Assembly (NCBI GenBank): GCA_963805085.1
Contig: CAWDTA010000002.1
Coordinates: 1,984,001-2,048,000, forward strand
DNA length: 64,000 bases
Direction: 5' to 3'
Origin: an uncultured Veillonellaceae bacterium
GTDB taxonomy: Bacteria > Bacillota > Negativicutes > JARBTT01
Every line of letters begins with the position of its first letter. Position 1 is the stretch's first letter. The notes under the pieces were generated by a model that saw only the letters and a list, made by a program, of their open reading frames with translations, was not told the origin of the DNA and did no database searches. Both the position numbers and the translations under genes were made by a program. Below are positions 31,760 to 41,339 of this stretch, piece after piece.

Positions 31760-32293
31760 ATGAAAAAACTAGTGCAATTGATCCTAGGAGTATATTTGGG
31801 TATGATGCTCGCTAGTGCTTTTTCACAATATGATTCGCCCGAGCAGGCGGTTCCGAGGGCGGAATCGCCTGTTTTCTTTCGGACGGCTCAGGCAGCATTT
31901 TGGGATGGGTGGTTTAATCAAGCCCCAACCAATATAGAGTTTTCGGAAATGTATGAATCGGCATCATCACTAGGAATAAAACTATCCGATAAACTGAAAA
32001 ACGCTGAAGGACGTCGCGTTTCAATGGTAGGTTTTATGGCGCCACCGCTCAAGCCTACCATAAACTTTTTTGTGCTTACGCGAGAGCCGATGTCTATTTG
32101 TCCGTTCTGTTCTAGTGATGCCGATTGGCCAAGTGATATTGTGATTGTAAAGCTAAGTGAACCAGTGACATCGCTTCCGTTTGATCGACCCATTCGCGTG
32201 ACAGGTCAATTGGAACTCGGAACGCAAGTCGATGGCGAGACTGGTTTTGTTAGCTTAGTGAGAATTCAAGCAGATAATTTAGAAGCACTATAA
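31760..32293 (+). CDS. Exported CxxC protein (DUF3299-like)
   Basis: Signal anchor; GRRVSMVGFMAPP, FFVLTREPMSICPFC, IRVTGQLELG. Confidence 0.65.
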   Translation: MKKLVQLILGVYLGMMLASAFSQYDSPEQAVPRAESPVFFRTAQAAFWDGWFNQAPTNIEFSEMYESASSLGIKLSDKLKNAEGRRVSMVGFMAPPLKPTINFFVLTREPMSICPFCSSDADWPSDIVIVKLSEPVTSLPFDRPIRVTGQLELGTQVDGETGFVSLVRIQADNLEAL

Positions 32294-32333
32294 GTACCGT
32301 AGCCATAAAAAAAGGAAGTGCGAGGGGAACTGT

Positions 32334-33008
32334 ATGCTAGAAATTAGAAATGTAATCAAACAAATCAATACGCCAAGCGGCGAAAGTTTGACCATTGCTA
32401 AGGTGGATGAACTAAATGTTGCAGCGGGAGAACAAATGCTACTCGTGGGCCCAAGTGGTTCAGGAAAAACAACGTTACTCCATATGATTGCAGGTTTGAT
32501 TGTACCCACAGGCGGTATGATTCAGTGTGATGGGGTAGTGTTGTCTGATTTATCATTAAGAGAGCGCGACCAGTGGCGAGCAAAAAATGTTGGTTATATC
32601 TTTCAAAAGCTTAATTTACTTGATGGTTTAACAGTAAGCGAAAATATCGGCATTGCCGCTCGTTTTGCTGGACGAAAAGATAAAGCACAAATTCGTAAAG
32701 AAACCTTGGCTTTACTTGATCTAGTCGGACTAACCGATAAAGCCAATAGTAAACCGAATCGCCTGAGTGTTGGAGAGCAGCAGCGCGTGGCGGTTGCTAG
32801 AGCAGTGATTAATAAGCCAAAACTTATTTTAGCCGATGAACCAACAGCGAGTCTTGATCAAGCCAATGTATTCATTATTTTAGAATTATTAAAAAAACTA
32901 TGCCACGAAAATAATAGCAAATTATTACTAAGTACACATGATCAAATGGTAATGTCGCAGTTTAAGCTTTGTTATCAAGTTAGAACCCAAGAGAAGGTGA
33001 CGGCATGA
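32334..33008 (+). CDS. ABC ATP-binding protein (LolD/MacB-like)
   Basis: [31 protein letters not shown]. Confidence 0.93.
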   Translation: MLEIRNVIKQINTPSGESLTIAKVDELNVAAGEQMLLVGPSGSGKTTLLHMIAGLIVPTGGMIQCDGVVLSDLSLRERDQWRAKNVGYIFQKLNLLDGLTVSENIGIAARFAGRKDKAQIRKETLALLDLVGLTDKANSKPNRLSVGEQQRVAVARAVINKPKLILADEPTASLDQANVFIILELLKKLCHENNSKLLLSTHDQMVMSQFKLCYQVRTQEKVTA

Positions 33009-34222
33009 CTCATTTGCTTATCATTTGGCGGAATCTTTGTCAGAAACCTTTGCATAGTCTTTTGAGTATTGCTGTTATTGCGAGTTCGATTGCGATGACA
33101 ATTGTAGTAATGTTACTTTCATCTAGTATCCAGCAGGGGTTGATCAAAGCGGCAGAACCGTTTGATTTAATCGTTGGAGCAAAGGGAAGTCCCAACCAAT
33201 TGGTGCTAAATACTGTGTTTTTACAAGATGTACCGATTGGTAATATTGACTATGATTTGGTCGAGAAGTTAGAAAAAAATCCCTTAGTACAGTCGGCAAT
33301 TCCGATTGGCTTTGGCGATAATTATCGTGGCTTTCGTCTCATCAGTACCGAAGAACGTATTTTTGAGCATGTGATAAAAAACGGTCAACCACCTTGGCTT
33401 CAGCTCTCGCAAGGAAGAAAATTTACAGGCGCTTTTGAAGCGGTGCTTGGAGCGAAAACAGCAGTCGCAACTGGGCTAAAACTTGGCGATCAATTTACTT
33501 CTTCACATGGTGTGATTGCAGGAGGTGGGGAAGAGGAACATGTGGAGAAATTTACGGTTGTTGGGATATTGAAAGATCTAAATGGTCCTTATGATAGTGG
33601 AATTTTAGTTCCACTCGAAAGTATTTGGCATATGCATGAGCATGGCCACACGCATGCTGAGGTAACAGGACATGAGGAACATGAGAATGAAAAAAGCACA
33701 ACGGTCATTTTAGTAAAACCGAAAGGCTATGCTGAAGCGATGAAGCTATATCAACAGTTTCAAAAAAATCAAGAAGCCCAATTGATTTTTCCCGCACAAG
33801 TCGTAGTCCAATTGTTTGCAATCTTGGGCGAAGGTCAAAAAATATTGCAGATGATCGGCAATGCGGTACTAGCGATGGCAATGCTGGTAAGTGCGTTTTC
33901 TGTATATTGGTCGGCAATCAGCAGGACTAGAGAGCGGGCGATTTTACGGGCGATTGGAGCGGGAAATCGCGATATTTTAGCCATTGTCTTTGGTGAAGGG
34001 GCATTTTTAGTTGTTAGTGGTACGCTTGTTGGTGCTCTTTTAGGACATGGCATTTTTTCACTTATTGCCGATATCTTACAAAAGAAAACGGCAATCGCCA
34101 TCGTTGGTACTTTTTCTATGGTTGAACTGAATATGCTGATCGCGGTGGTTTTAGTGGGGCTGATTATTAGTATCGTCCCTGCCGTTCATACCGCAAAAAA
34201 AGATGTAGCAGATGATTTGTAA
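33005..34222 (+). CDS. MacB/FtsX-type ABC permease with His-rich loop
   Basis: DLIVGAKGSP, HMHEHGHTHAEVTGHEEHE, RERAILRAIGA. Confidence 0.9.
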   Translation: MTHLLIIWRNLCQKPLHSLLSIAVIASSIAMTIVVMLLSSSIQQGLIKAAEPFDLIVGAKGSPNQLVLNTVFLQDVPIGNIDYDLVEKLEKNPLVQSAIPIGFGDNYRGFRLISTEERIFEHVIKNGQPPWLQLSQGRKFTGAFEAVLGAKTAVATGLKLGDQFTSSHGVIAGGGEEEHVEKFTVVGILKDLNGPYDSGILVPLESIWHMHEHGHTHAEVTGHEEHENEKSTTVILVKPKGYAEAMKLYQQFQKNQEAQLIFPAQVVVQLFAILGEGQKILQMIGNAVLAMAMLVSAFSVYWSAISRTRERAILRAIGAGNRDILAIVFGEGAFLVVSGTLVGALLGHGIFSLIADILQKKTAIAIVGTFSMVELNMLIAVVLVGLIISIVPAVHTAKKDVADDL

Positions 34223-34239
34223 TAAATAGAGTAAAGCAT

Positions 34240-34293
34240 AAAAATAGGAACGCCCAGCTTGCAGTTTAGTCATGCATGGGTGTTCCTATTTTT
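34240..34293. terminator. Bidirectional terminator
   Basis: aaaaataggaacgccca...tgggtgttcctattttt. Confidence 0.75.
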
Positions 34294-34317
34294 GCTTTTG
34301 TTTCTATGTAGTATCAT

Positions 34318-35085
34318 TTAAGCGTACATATCTGCAAGCAGACCTAACGAAGAGGAAGAAGAGGTCAGTGATGTTAAATCAGGAAATGGTACGAGGTTAC
34401 TGGTGTTATTGATCGCTAGTGTTATTTTGGAGTAGGCTTGATCAGCAAGACCAGTTGATCCGCCAAGTGCTGACGTTACGGCATCGTAATTATTGTTCAC
34501 TGCATCCGTTAATGCAGTTTGATCCACCGTCATTTGCCCAGATTTATCAACAGTAATGCCAATCGAAGACAGTACATTACTTGAATTTTTCGTACCATTA
34601 GAAAAAGAGTTCGCCAGACCAGAAAGTGCTGTAGACACATCGGAATTCTCAGTGAATAATTTCGTAGCATCGTTATAGTCATTTGCAAAAGACGTAATAC
34701 TATCTACGATATCACTGGTAGAACTTTTAGAACTGTTGAGTGTTTCGGCGAGCTTCGACGAGGAAGATTTTAAACTGGTCGCGGCTGAAGCAAAAGAAGA
34801 ATAGAAGTCATTAGAAGTCTTTGTATATTCTTTCATCGTCGCTAAAATAGCTGTTTGGTTTGAGGAACTGTCAGAAAAAATGCTTTTCCACAAAGAGCTG
34901 TCGCTAGTTGAAGAAAGCGAATCAAGAAGATAACTGTTTGGAGAGCTTGAGGAACTGGAGCCGAATAAATAACTGTTGGAGTTGGAAGCTGAAGTATCGG
35001 CAGATTTAAAGATACTATTCGATTTGCTCGTTGCATACTTCAAATAAGACACACTGCTTTGTGAAGTTACCGAATTAACATTCAT
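34318..35085 (-). CDS. Ser-rich FliD C-terminal-domain-like protein
   Basis: ITSFANDYND and LSSIGITVDKSGQMTVDQTALTDA resemble the FliD C-terminal domain; AAGGAGGTG RBS. Confidence 0.6.
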   Translation of the reverse strand: MNVNSVTSQSSVSYLKYATSKSNSIFKSADTSASNSNSYLFGSSSSSSPNSYLLDSLSSTSDSSLWKSIFSDSSSNQTAILATMKEYTKTSNDFYSSFASAATSLKSSSSKLAETLNSSKSSTSDIVDSITSFANDYNDATKLFTENSDVSTALSGLANSFSNGTKNSSNVLSSIGITVDKSGQMTVDQTALTDAVNNNYDAVTSALGGSTGLADQAYSKITLAINNTSNLVPFPDLTSLTSSSSSLGLLADMYA

Positions 35086-35121
35086 GAAAATCACCTCCTT
35101 TAGGATAGATTCTTGCCTAAT

Positions 35122-35148
35122 ATATCGTCATTTTTTACTTATTACTTA
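35122..35148 (-). promoter_or_regulatory. Sigma-28 (SigD/FliA) promoter
   Basis: Minus strand TAAG-N15-GACGATAT versus consensus TAAA-N15-GCCGATAT. Confidence 0.7.
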
Positions 35149-35434
35149 AATTTAAATGATGTCAATGCGTGGTGATTACATCCATAAATTCACCTTTATT
35201 ACTAAAATTTTTGATAAAATAATCCATTTATATTTTTTATATAGCATGATTTCGACAAAATAGCAAGAGTGATTGTCTGAAAAGATGATGTATGAATGCT
35301 GTTATAACTATTTATAAAAATAGAAGAGGCATATTTATCAGGCGTTGATAAGAAAAAGTTGACATAATTTTTTCGGGAAAATTGTCATTAATTCGTTTAT
35401 GGTTATGTTATAATTATAGTAATTATGAATTATT

Positions 35435-37312
35435 TTGCTTCAGAGAGAGTGGTGCATCGTAGTGAAAAATTTCAAGCAGTTTGATGTAGAAAGCTACCGC
35501 ATTTTAGCTGAATTAAGTGAAGCAATCACGTTTGAATGGGATGTTCAAATAGATAAATTTTATGTTTCATCGCAGTGGAAACTTAAATTTGATTATGAAC
35601 CAAGCTATGATCACTTTAGCCAAAATATTCGTCAGGCATTAAGGATACACCCGACGGATAGAAGAACAATTGTTCGATATGTTAATCAGGTGAAAAAGAA
35701 TATAGAAGGTTTTTTGCAATTAAACAATTATGCAGAATTTGAAGTACGACTTCTACATAATAAACAAGAATATATTTGGTGTAAAATTCGCTTAGTACTA
35801 AGATGTGGTGATGCTAATCAACCTGAGCGAGTATTTGGGATGATTACGGATATTGATGCGGAAAAGAAAGAACATCAAAAATTGCTTTGTCAGGCACAAA
35901 AGGATGTGTTGACCGGATTATATAATAAAGCTACAACGAATCAGCTGATTGAGGAATATATAGCAGAGGTCACTATGCCAAATAAGAAGCAGGCTTTATT
36001 TATTATAGATATTGATGGTTTTAAAGATGTAAATGATCATTTGGGACATTTGTTTGGCGATGCGGTGATCGCTGATTTAGCACATAGTATTAGTAGAACT
36101 TTTCGTGATTCCGATATTGTAGGTAGAATTGGTGGTGACGAATTTATTGTTCTACTAAAAAATATACCTCAAATGGATATTATTTTCTTAAAGGTGCAAG
36201 AACTTCTTAAGAGCCTAAAACGGTCTTATGATAGTAACGATAAAACTTATGAGGTATCTGCCAGTATTGGTATAGCACTATATCCTGACCACGGTGATAC
36301 CTTTGCTACCTTGTTTCAGAAAGCGGATCAGGCTTTGTATTATGTAAAAGAACATGGTAAAAATAATTTTTATTTTTATTATGAGGAAATGCCGCAAGTT
36401 CAATATGAGAATAAAAGAAGGACCGCGAGTGCTGATGAAAGCAATGTCCCAATATCAAAATCATTTCATGAGAATGTCATTGAGTATATTTTTAAAATAC
36501 TATATCGAAGTAAAGATGCAAATACAGCAATTCATTTAATTTTAGAAGTGATTGGCTTGAAGTATAATGTAAGCAGAGCGGTTATTCATGAAAAAACAGA
36601 GGACTCTTTATATTCTAATACGTTTGAATGGTGTAATAAGTCAGTACCCTCAATTCAAGCGGAGCAGCAAGGAATATCAGCAGAATTTGTTGAAAGAGTT
36701 CATCCGTATTTTGATAAAAATGGTGTGTTTAGTTGTGCAAATATTAATCTTTTATCTGATGAACTGAAGATATACTTTAAAGATAGTCCAGTCAAATCAT
36801 TACTGTATTGTCACATGATTGATGGAGGAATGGTTAGAGGGGTTATCGGTTTTGAATATTATAAGCATCCTCGCATCTGGGCTAATGCTGAAATCGAGGT
36901 ACTATCTTTTACTGCGGAGATTTTAAGTACATTCTTACTTAAAAAGCGTGCGATAGACAAATTAAAACTTTCGCATGTGCATGCGCTTGAAATTATGGAT
37001 CATATTGATTCTTTTATCTATGTCATTGATAAAAATACCCATGAAGTGCTTTTTTTAAATAAGAAAGCAATTGAGTTTTTTGGTAGTCATCATATGGGCG
37101 GATTATGCTATGAATTCATCAGTTGTGAAGATGGTCCGTGTTCGTATTGCCCGATGCTTCAAATTACAGAATCAATTGAGCAGGTGAATAAGGAAGTTTA
37201 TTTACCGAAGCGAAAGCTGTGGATCAAGGCAGCTGTTTCAACAATTCAGTGGAATGATGATCGGGAAGTTTGCTTACTCCATTGCCATGATATTACAGAA
37301 TATAAAAAATAG
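35435..37312 (+). CDS. Diguanylate cyclase (PAS-GGDEF-GAF-PAS)
   Basis: IHPTDR PAS, DVLTGLYN, RDSD I-site, GRIGGDEF, TFEWC...GVIGFE GAF. Confidence 0.9.
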   Translation: MLQREWCIVVKNFKQFDVESYRILAELSEAITFEWDVQIDKFYVSSQWKLKFDYEPSYDHFSQNIRQALRIHPTDRRTIVRYVNQVKKNIEGFLQLNNYAEFEVRLLHNKQEYIWCKIRLVLRCGDANQPERVFGMITDIDAEKKEHQKLLCQAQKDVLTGLYNKATTNQLIEEYIAEVTMPNKKQALFIIDIDGFKDVNDHLGHLFGDAVIADLAHSISRTFRDSDIVGRIGGDEFIVLLKNIPQMDIIFLKVQELLKSLKRSYDSNDKTYEVSASIGIALYPDHGDTFATLFQKADQALYYVKEHGKNNFYFYYEEMPQVQYENKRRTASADESNVPISKSFHENVIEYIFKILYRSKDANTAIHLILEVIGLKYNVSRAVIHEKTEDSLYSNTFEWCNKSVPSIQAEQQGISAEFVERVHPYFDKNGVFSCANINLLSDELKIYFKDSPVKSLLYCHMIDGGMVRGVIGFEYYKHPRIWANAEIEVLSFTAEILSTFLLKKRAIDKLKLSHVHALEIMDHIDSFIYVIDKNTHEVLFLNKKAIEFFGSHHMGGLCYEFISCEDGPCSYCPMLQITESIEQVNKEVYLPKRKLWIKAAVSTIQWNDDREVCLLHCHDITEYKK

Positions 37313-37502
37313 CTGAAAAAATGAAGGACTGCTTTTATGCAGCATTTCATTTTTTAGGTAAAGTAGCTAGGAACTCTGTGGAGATGAGCGGAGATAAGAG
37401 GAACTCTGTGGCTATCTACTTTAACGGCAGATTGGCAGGAATAGGCAGGAATAGGATGATTTTGGGCGGTTCGCCAGTGCCGTAGGATCAATGATATAAT
37501 AG

Positions 37503-37530
37503 ATTTGTAAAGCAACGAGGCTTTACAAAT
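37503..37530 (+). promoter_or_regulatory. ANTAR-like RNA hairpin in SMR leader
   Basis: atttgtaaagc-AACGAG-gctttacaaat immediately after TGnTATAAT. Confidence 0.45.
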
Positions 37531-37579
37531 AAAAACAACGCAAGATCAAGTTGTTTATATAGGTAAGGGGTTAGATATT

Positions 37580-37930
37580 ATGCTACAGTGGTGTGCGTTA
37601 TTTTTAGCAATCATTACTGAAGTAACTGGCACGACGATGATGAAGATTGTCGGGCAAAATGAATCCATTGGTGGATATCTGTTATTACTTATGATGGTTG
37701 GGTTATCCTATTTTTTATTATCGAAAGCAATTGTGAAGATCCCACTTAGTGTTGCGTATGCAACCTGGGAAGGTATGGGGCTCATTGTCATGACAGGTAT
37801 CGGTTATATTTTGTTTCAAGAAGTTTTGTCGGTTTCGAAAATTTTGGGGGTTAGTTTTATTCTATTAGGAATGATCCTATTAAAGAAAGGCATGGTTAAT
37901 GCTAAAACAGCGGGTGATAAAAATGAGTGA
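37580..37930 (+). CDS. SMR efflux subunit (MdtJ-like)
   Basis: LAIITEVTGTTMMK, PLSVAYATWEGMG. Confidence 0.88.
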   Translation: MLQWCALFLAIITEVTGTTMMKIVGQNESIGGYLLLLMMVGLSYFLLSKAIVKIPLSVAYATWEGMGLIVMTGIGYILFQEVLSVSKILGVSFILLGMILLKKGMVNAKTAGDKNE

Positions 37931-38243
37931 TGGTATTTTATTTTTATCAGTATCGATTGTATTAGATGTTATCGCCAATATATTTTTAAAAAAATCGGAT
38001 GGTTTTAAAAATAAAAGTTGGGGCTTTGGTGCGGTAATCTTGATTATTATTGCATTTGCCACATTATCTCAAGCAGTAAAAACGATGGATTTGAGTGTAG
38101 CCTACGCGCTATGGGGAGCAAGTGGTTTACTGCTTACCACAGGTTTAGATGTTGCGTTTTATGGCGTTAAATTAAAAAGCATGGCGCTCGTTGGTATCGT
38201 TTGTATGATGACAGGTATCGTACTCATTCAAAGTTTTGCCTAA
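37923..38243 (+). CDS. SMR efflux subunit (MdtI-like)
   Basis: ANIFLKKSDGF, LSQAVKTMDLSVAYALWG; overlaps partner gene. Confidence 0.88.
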   Translation: MSDGILFLSVSIVLDVIANIFLKKSDGFKNKSWGFGAVILIIIAFATLSQAVKTMDLSVAYALWGASGLLLTTGLDVAFYGVKLKSMALVGIVCMMTGIVLIQSFA

Positions 38244-38374
38244 GTAAAAATTCGTATTTTAGATATGCTGGATAGGCTTAGGTTATGGTTATCATCATAG
38301 CAATAAATTTCATAAAGTTGTGATTGCTAAAAGCTTGCAGAAATATGTTTTTCTGCAAGCTTTTATTTTTATAC

Positions 38375-38455
38375 AAAACATATTGACAAAGTATGCTTAA
38401 TAGGTTATTCTTTAAAACATAAGATTTATAAAAACATATATGATAAGTATGTTTT
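38375..38455 (+). promoter_or_regulatory. Promoter with two AAAACATA-N9-TATG boxes
   Basis: 38375-38399 overlaps TTGACA; 38431-38455 abuts the RBS. Confidence 0.6.
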
Positions 38456-38469
38456 AGGAGGCGAATATC

Positions 38470-39678
38470 ATGTCACATTCTAAGGAGCATTTTCATGAAC
38501 AAGAAATAGATTTTGATCAAGAACATGATTTTGATGGTTTAATTTCAAATAAATGGAATTTTAGAAAGGAACGGGTTGGACGTGATGACGTGATTGCTAT
38601 GTGGGTCGCGGATATGGATTTTGAAACTTCACCAGCAATTCAAAAAGCAATTGTTAAAAGGGCCAAGCGCGGTATTTATGGCTATGCTGCCGTCACAGAA
38701 GAGTACACCAATGCGGTAATTGGGTGGTTCCAAAAGCGTCATCAATGGACGATTGCACCAGAATCTATTAGACAAACCCCGGGTGTGATCACAGCGATTC
38801 ATCTTGGTATTCAAGCATTATCAGAACTGAATGATTTTATTTTGATTCAGACACCAGTATATCATCCTTTTTTTCGCGTGATTAAACAGACTAAGCGTCA
38901 AGTATTGGAAAATCCGTTTATTCGGACGGAAAAAGGCTATGAAATAGATTTTGAGGATTTTAAGCAAAAGATTATTGAGTATAAGCCAAAAGTATTTATT
39001 CTTTGCAATCCGCATAATCCAATTGGCAAGGTTTATCGTAAGGAAGAGCTGATCAAGCTGGGAGAAATTTGCCTGCAGTATGATGTAAAAATGATCGTGG
39101 ATGAAATCCATTGTGATCTTGTATATTCTGCCGCAAAGCACATTCCATTTGGGACACTTGGTGATGCGTTTGCAAGGAATGCAATCATCTGTACAGCACC
39201 AAGTAAATCCTTTAATTTAGCTGGCATCAGAAATTCCAATATTATTATTCCTGATGAAGACCTGCGCGCGAAATTCCAAGCGGTTTATGATTTTGTTGGT
39301 ATTCCAAGACCTAGTTTATTTCCGCTGGTTGCAACACAGGCAGCCTATGAAAAAGGGGAAGAATGGTTTGAACAAGTGATTGCGTATATCCAGCAGAATC
39401 GCGATTATGCAATCGAACGTATCGAAAAGAATTTGTCGAAATTAAAAGTAAATCATCCCGAAGGTACATATTTCTTATGGGTAGATTTCAGTAATTATGG
39501 CTTAACCAAAGAAGAGCTAGAGATGTTCTTAATCGACAAAGCTGGAGTCTGGTTTAATCAAGGCTATATTTTTGGATCACAAGGGATAGGCTTTGTCAGA
39601 ATCAACATCGCTTGCCCACGTAAGACGTTAAAAAGAGCATTAAAACAACTTGAAGATGCATTAAATGATTTGAAGTAA
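38470..39678 (+). CDS. PatB/MalY-type C-S lyase
   Basis: MWVADMDF, LCNPHNPIG, DEIHCDL, APSKSFNLAG, RINIACP. Confidence 0.92.
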   Translation: MSHSKEHFHEQEIDFDQEHDFDGLISNKWNFRKERVGRDDVIAMWVADMDFETSPAIQKAIVKRAKRGIYGYAAVTEEYTNAVIGWFQKRHQWTIAPESIRQTPGVITAIHLGIQALSELNDFILIQTPVYHPFFRVIKQTKRQVLENPFIRTEKGYEIDFEDFKQKIIEYKPKVFILCNPHNPIGKVYRKEELIKLGEICLQYDVKMIVDEIHCDLVYSAAKHIPFGTLGDAFARNAIICTAPSKSFNLAGIRNSNIIIPDEDLRAKFQAVYDFVGIPRPSLFPLVATQAAYEKGEEWFEQVIAYIQQNRDYAIERIEKNLSKLKVNHPEGTYFLWVDFSNYGLTKEELEMFLIDKAGVWFNQGYIFGSQGIGFVRINIACPRKTLKRALKQLEDALNDLK

Positions 39679-39685
39679 GAGGAGA

Positions 39686-40546
39686 ATGAAAGATATGAAT
39701 TTATTGACGGACAGAAAAAAATACGGGAGTTTATTTTTAGCGTTTTTATTGATCATGGGGCTAGCGATTACTACCGGTTGTGGTTTAGGCGAGAATAATA
39801 AACCAGAAGCTAAAAAAGATACAAAAGAAGTAAAAACCTATCAAGTCGCAACGCGAGGAACGTTTAGACCTTTTACTTATATGGATGAAAAAGATCAGTT
39901 AACTGGTTATGATATAGAACTTTTACGCGAAGTTGAAAAAAGAAATCCTGATATTAAATTTGAATTTAAAACGATGAGTGTAGATGCGGGTTTTTTAGGC
40001 TTGGAGTCTGGTCAAGTTGACATTGTTGCCAATCAAATCGTTGCAAATCCAAAGAGAGCTGATAAGAGTATTTTTACAAAAGAAGTTAACAATTACACAA
40101 GCCGTAAACTTGCTGTAAAAGGTGATAGAACTGATATCACTACGATTGATGATTTACGTGGTAAGAAAGTTGCTGTTACTAGTAGTAGTGAAGTGACGCG
40201 TCAACTGCAAAAATATAATGAGACCGCAGAGCCTAAAATAGAATTGGTCTATACGGACAAAGGGACTACAGAAACCTTGAATTTAGTAACGACTGGACGT
40301 GTGGATGCATCGCCGACGTATGAAGTAGCTATTGATGAAGCAAAAAATACACTTGGGCTTGATGTAAAGGCTGTTGGTCCTACCATCGCTAGTGATGCTA
40401 CCTGCTATGCTTTACGTAAAAACGAAAGTTCGCAAGCCTTAGCAGATAGGATTGATGCGACAATCAAAGAAATGCGTGCGGATGGCAGCTTGAAAAAATT
40501 ATCTGAAAAATTCTTAGGCAAGGATTATACTGTTCCACAAATGTAG
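39686..40546 (+). CDS. Polar amino acid (cystine-like) ABC substrate-binding lipoprotein
   Basis: Lipobox TTGC, RPFTY, LTGYDIE, DGSLKKLSEKFLGKDY. Confidence 0.88.
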   Translation: MKDMNLLTDRKKYGSLFLAFLLIMGLAITTGCGLGENNKPEAKKDTKEVKTYQVATRGTFRPFTYMDEKDQLTGYDIELLREVEKRNPDIKFEFKTMSVDAGFLGLESGQVDIVANQIVANPKRADKSIFTKEVNNYTSRKLAVKGDRTDITTIDDLRGKKVAVTSSSEVTRQLQKYNETAEPKIELVYTDKGTTETLNLVTTGRVDASPTYEVAIDEAKNTLGLDVKAVGPTIASDATCYALRKNESSQALADRIDATIKEMRADGSLKKLSEKFLGKDYTVPQM

Positions 40547-40603
40547 GAAAAGCAGAAGTTTATAAGACAATCTGGGAGCATGAACTAGAAAGAGGTGTGA
40601 AGC

Positions 40604-41302
40604 GTGGGCAGTTATTTTAGTGTTGATTATATGATCAAAGCTTTTCCGACGTTGTTATCCTATATTGATGTTACAATTATAGTCACAATCGTAGCGGAAC
40701 TATTTGGGATCGTGATTGGTTGCGTCGTTGCTTTCCTTCGCATTCATAAAGTGAAGGTATTGAATCAGGTGTGCCTTTTATACCTTTCGTTTATTCGCGG
40801 TACACCATTTTTGGTTCAGTTATACTTAGTATGCTTTGGTTTGCCTCAATTATTACACGGTTTGGGATATCAAGATATCCGTTCAATACCGGGACTGTTA
40901 TTTGTCTTTCTTATCATGTCGATCCATACTGGTGCTTATATTGCTGAAATTATGCGTAGCAGTATTTTAGCAGTCGATAAAGGGCAATTGGAGGCAGCGC
41001 ATTCCATTGGCATGAGTACGTATCAAGCGTATATTCGAATTATCTTGCCGCAAGCGTTTCAATTGGCAATTCCGGCGCTCGGCAATAATGTGATTTCAAC
41101 GTTAAAGGGAACGTCCCTGATTTTTAACGTTGGTGTTGTCGATATGCTGAGAAAAGCTGATTTAATGGGCTCTTATAGCTATCGTCATTTAGAGTTATAT
41201 GTAGATATCGCTATTATTTATGTGCTCTTGTGTTTTGTGATACAAGTAGCGACATATTTCTTGGAACGTCGCAGCACACTAAGTAAAGAATTGGCTTCGT
41301 GA
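40604..41302 (+). CDS. Amino acid ABC permease
   Basis: FIRGTPFLVQL, AYIAEIMR, GQLEAA. Confidence 0.92.
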   Translation: MGSYFSVDYMIKAFPTLLSYIDVTIIVTIVAELFGIVIGCVVAFLRIHKVKVLNQVCLLYLSFIRGTPFLVQLYLVCFGLPQLLHGLGYQDIRSIPGLLFVFLIMSIHTGAYIAEIMRSSILAVDKGQLEAAHSIGMSTYQAYIRIILPQAFQLAIPALGNNVISTLKGTSLIFNVGVVDMLRKADLMGSYSYRHLELYVDIAIIYVLLCFVIQVATYFLERRSTLSKELAS

Positions 41303-41339
41303 TTTAGTTGATTAGAAAGAAGAAAGAGGATAATCAATT

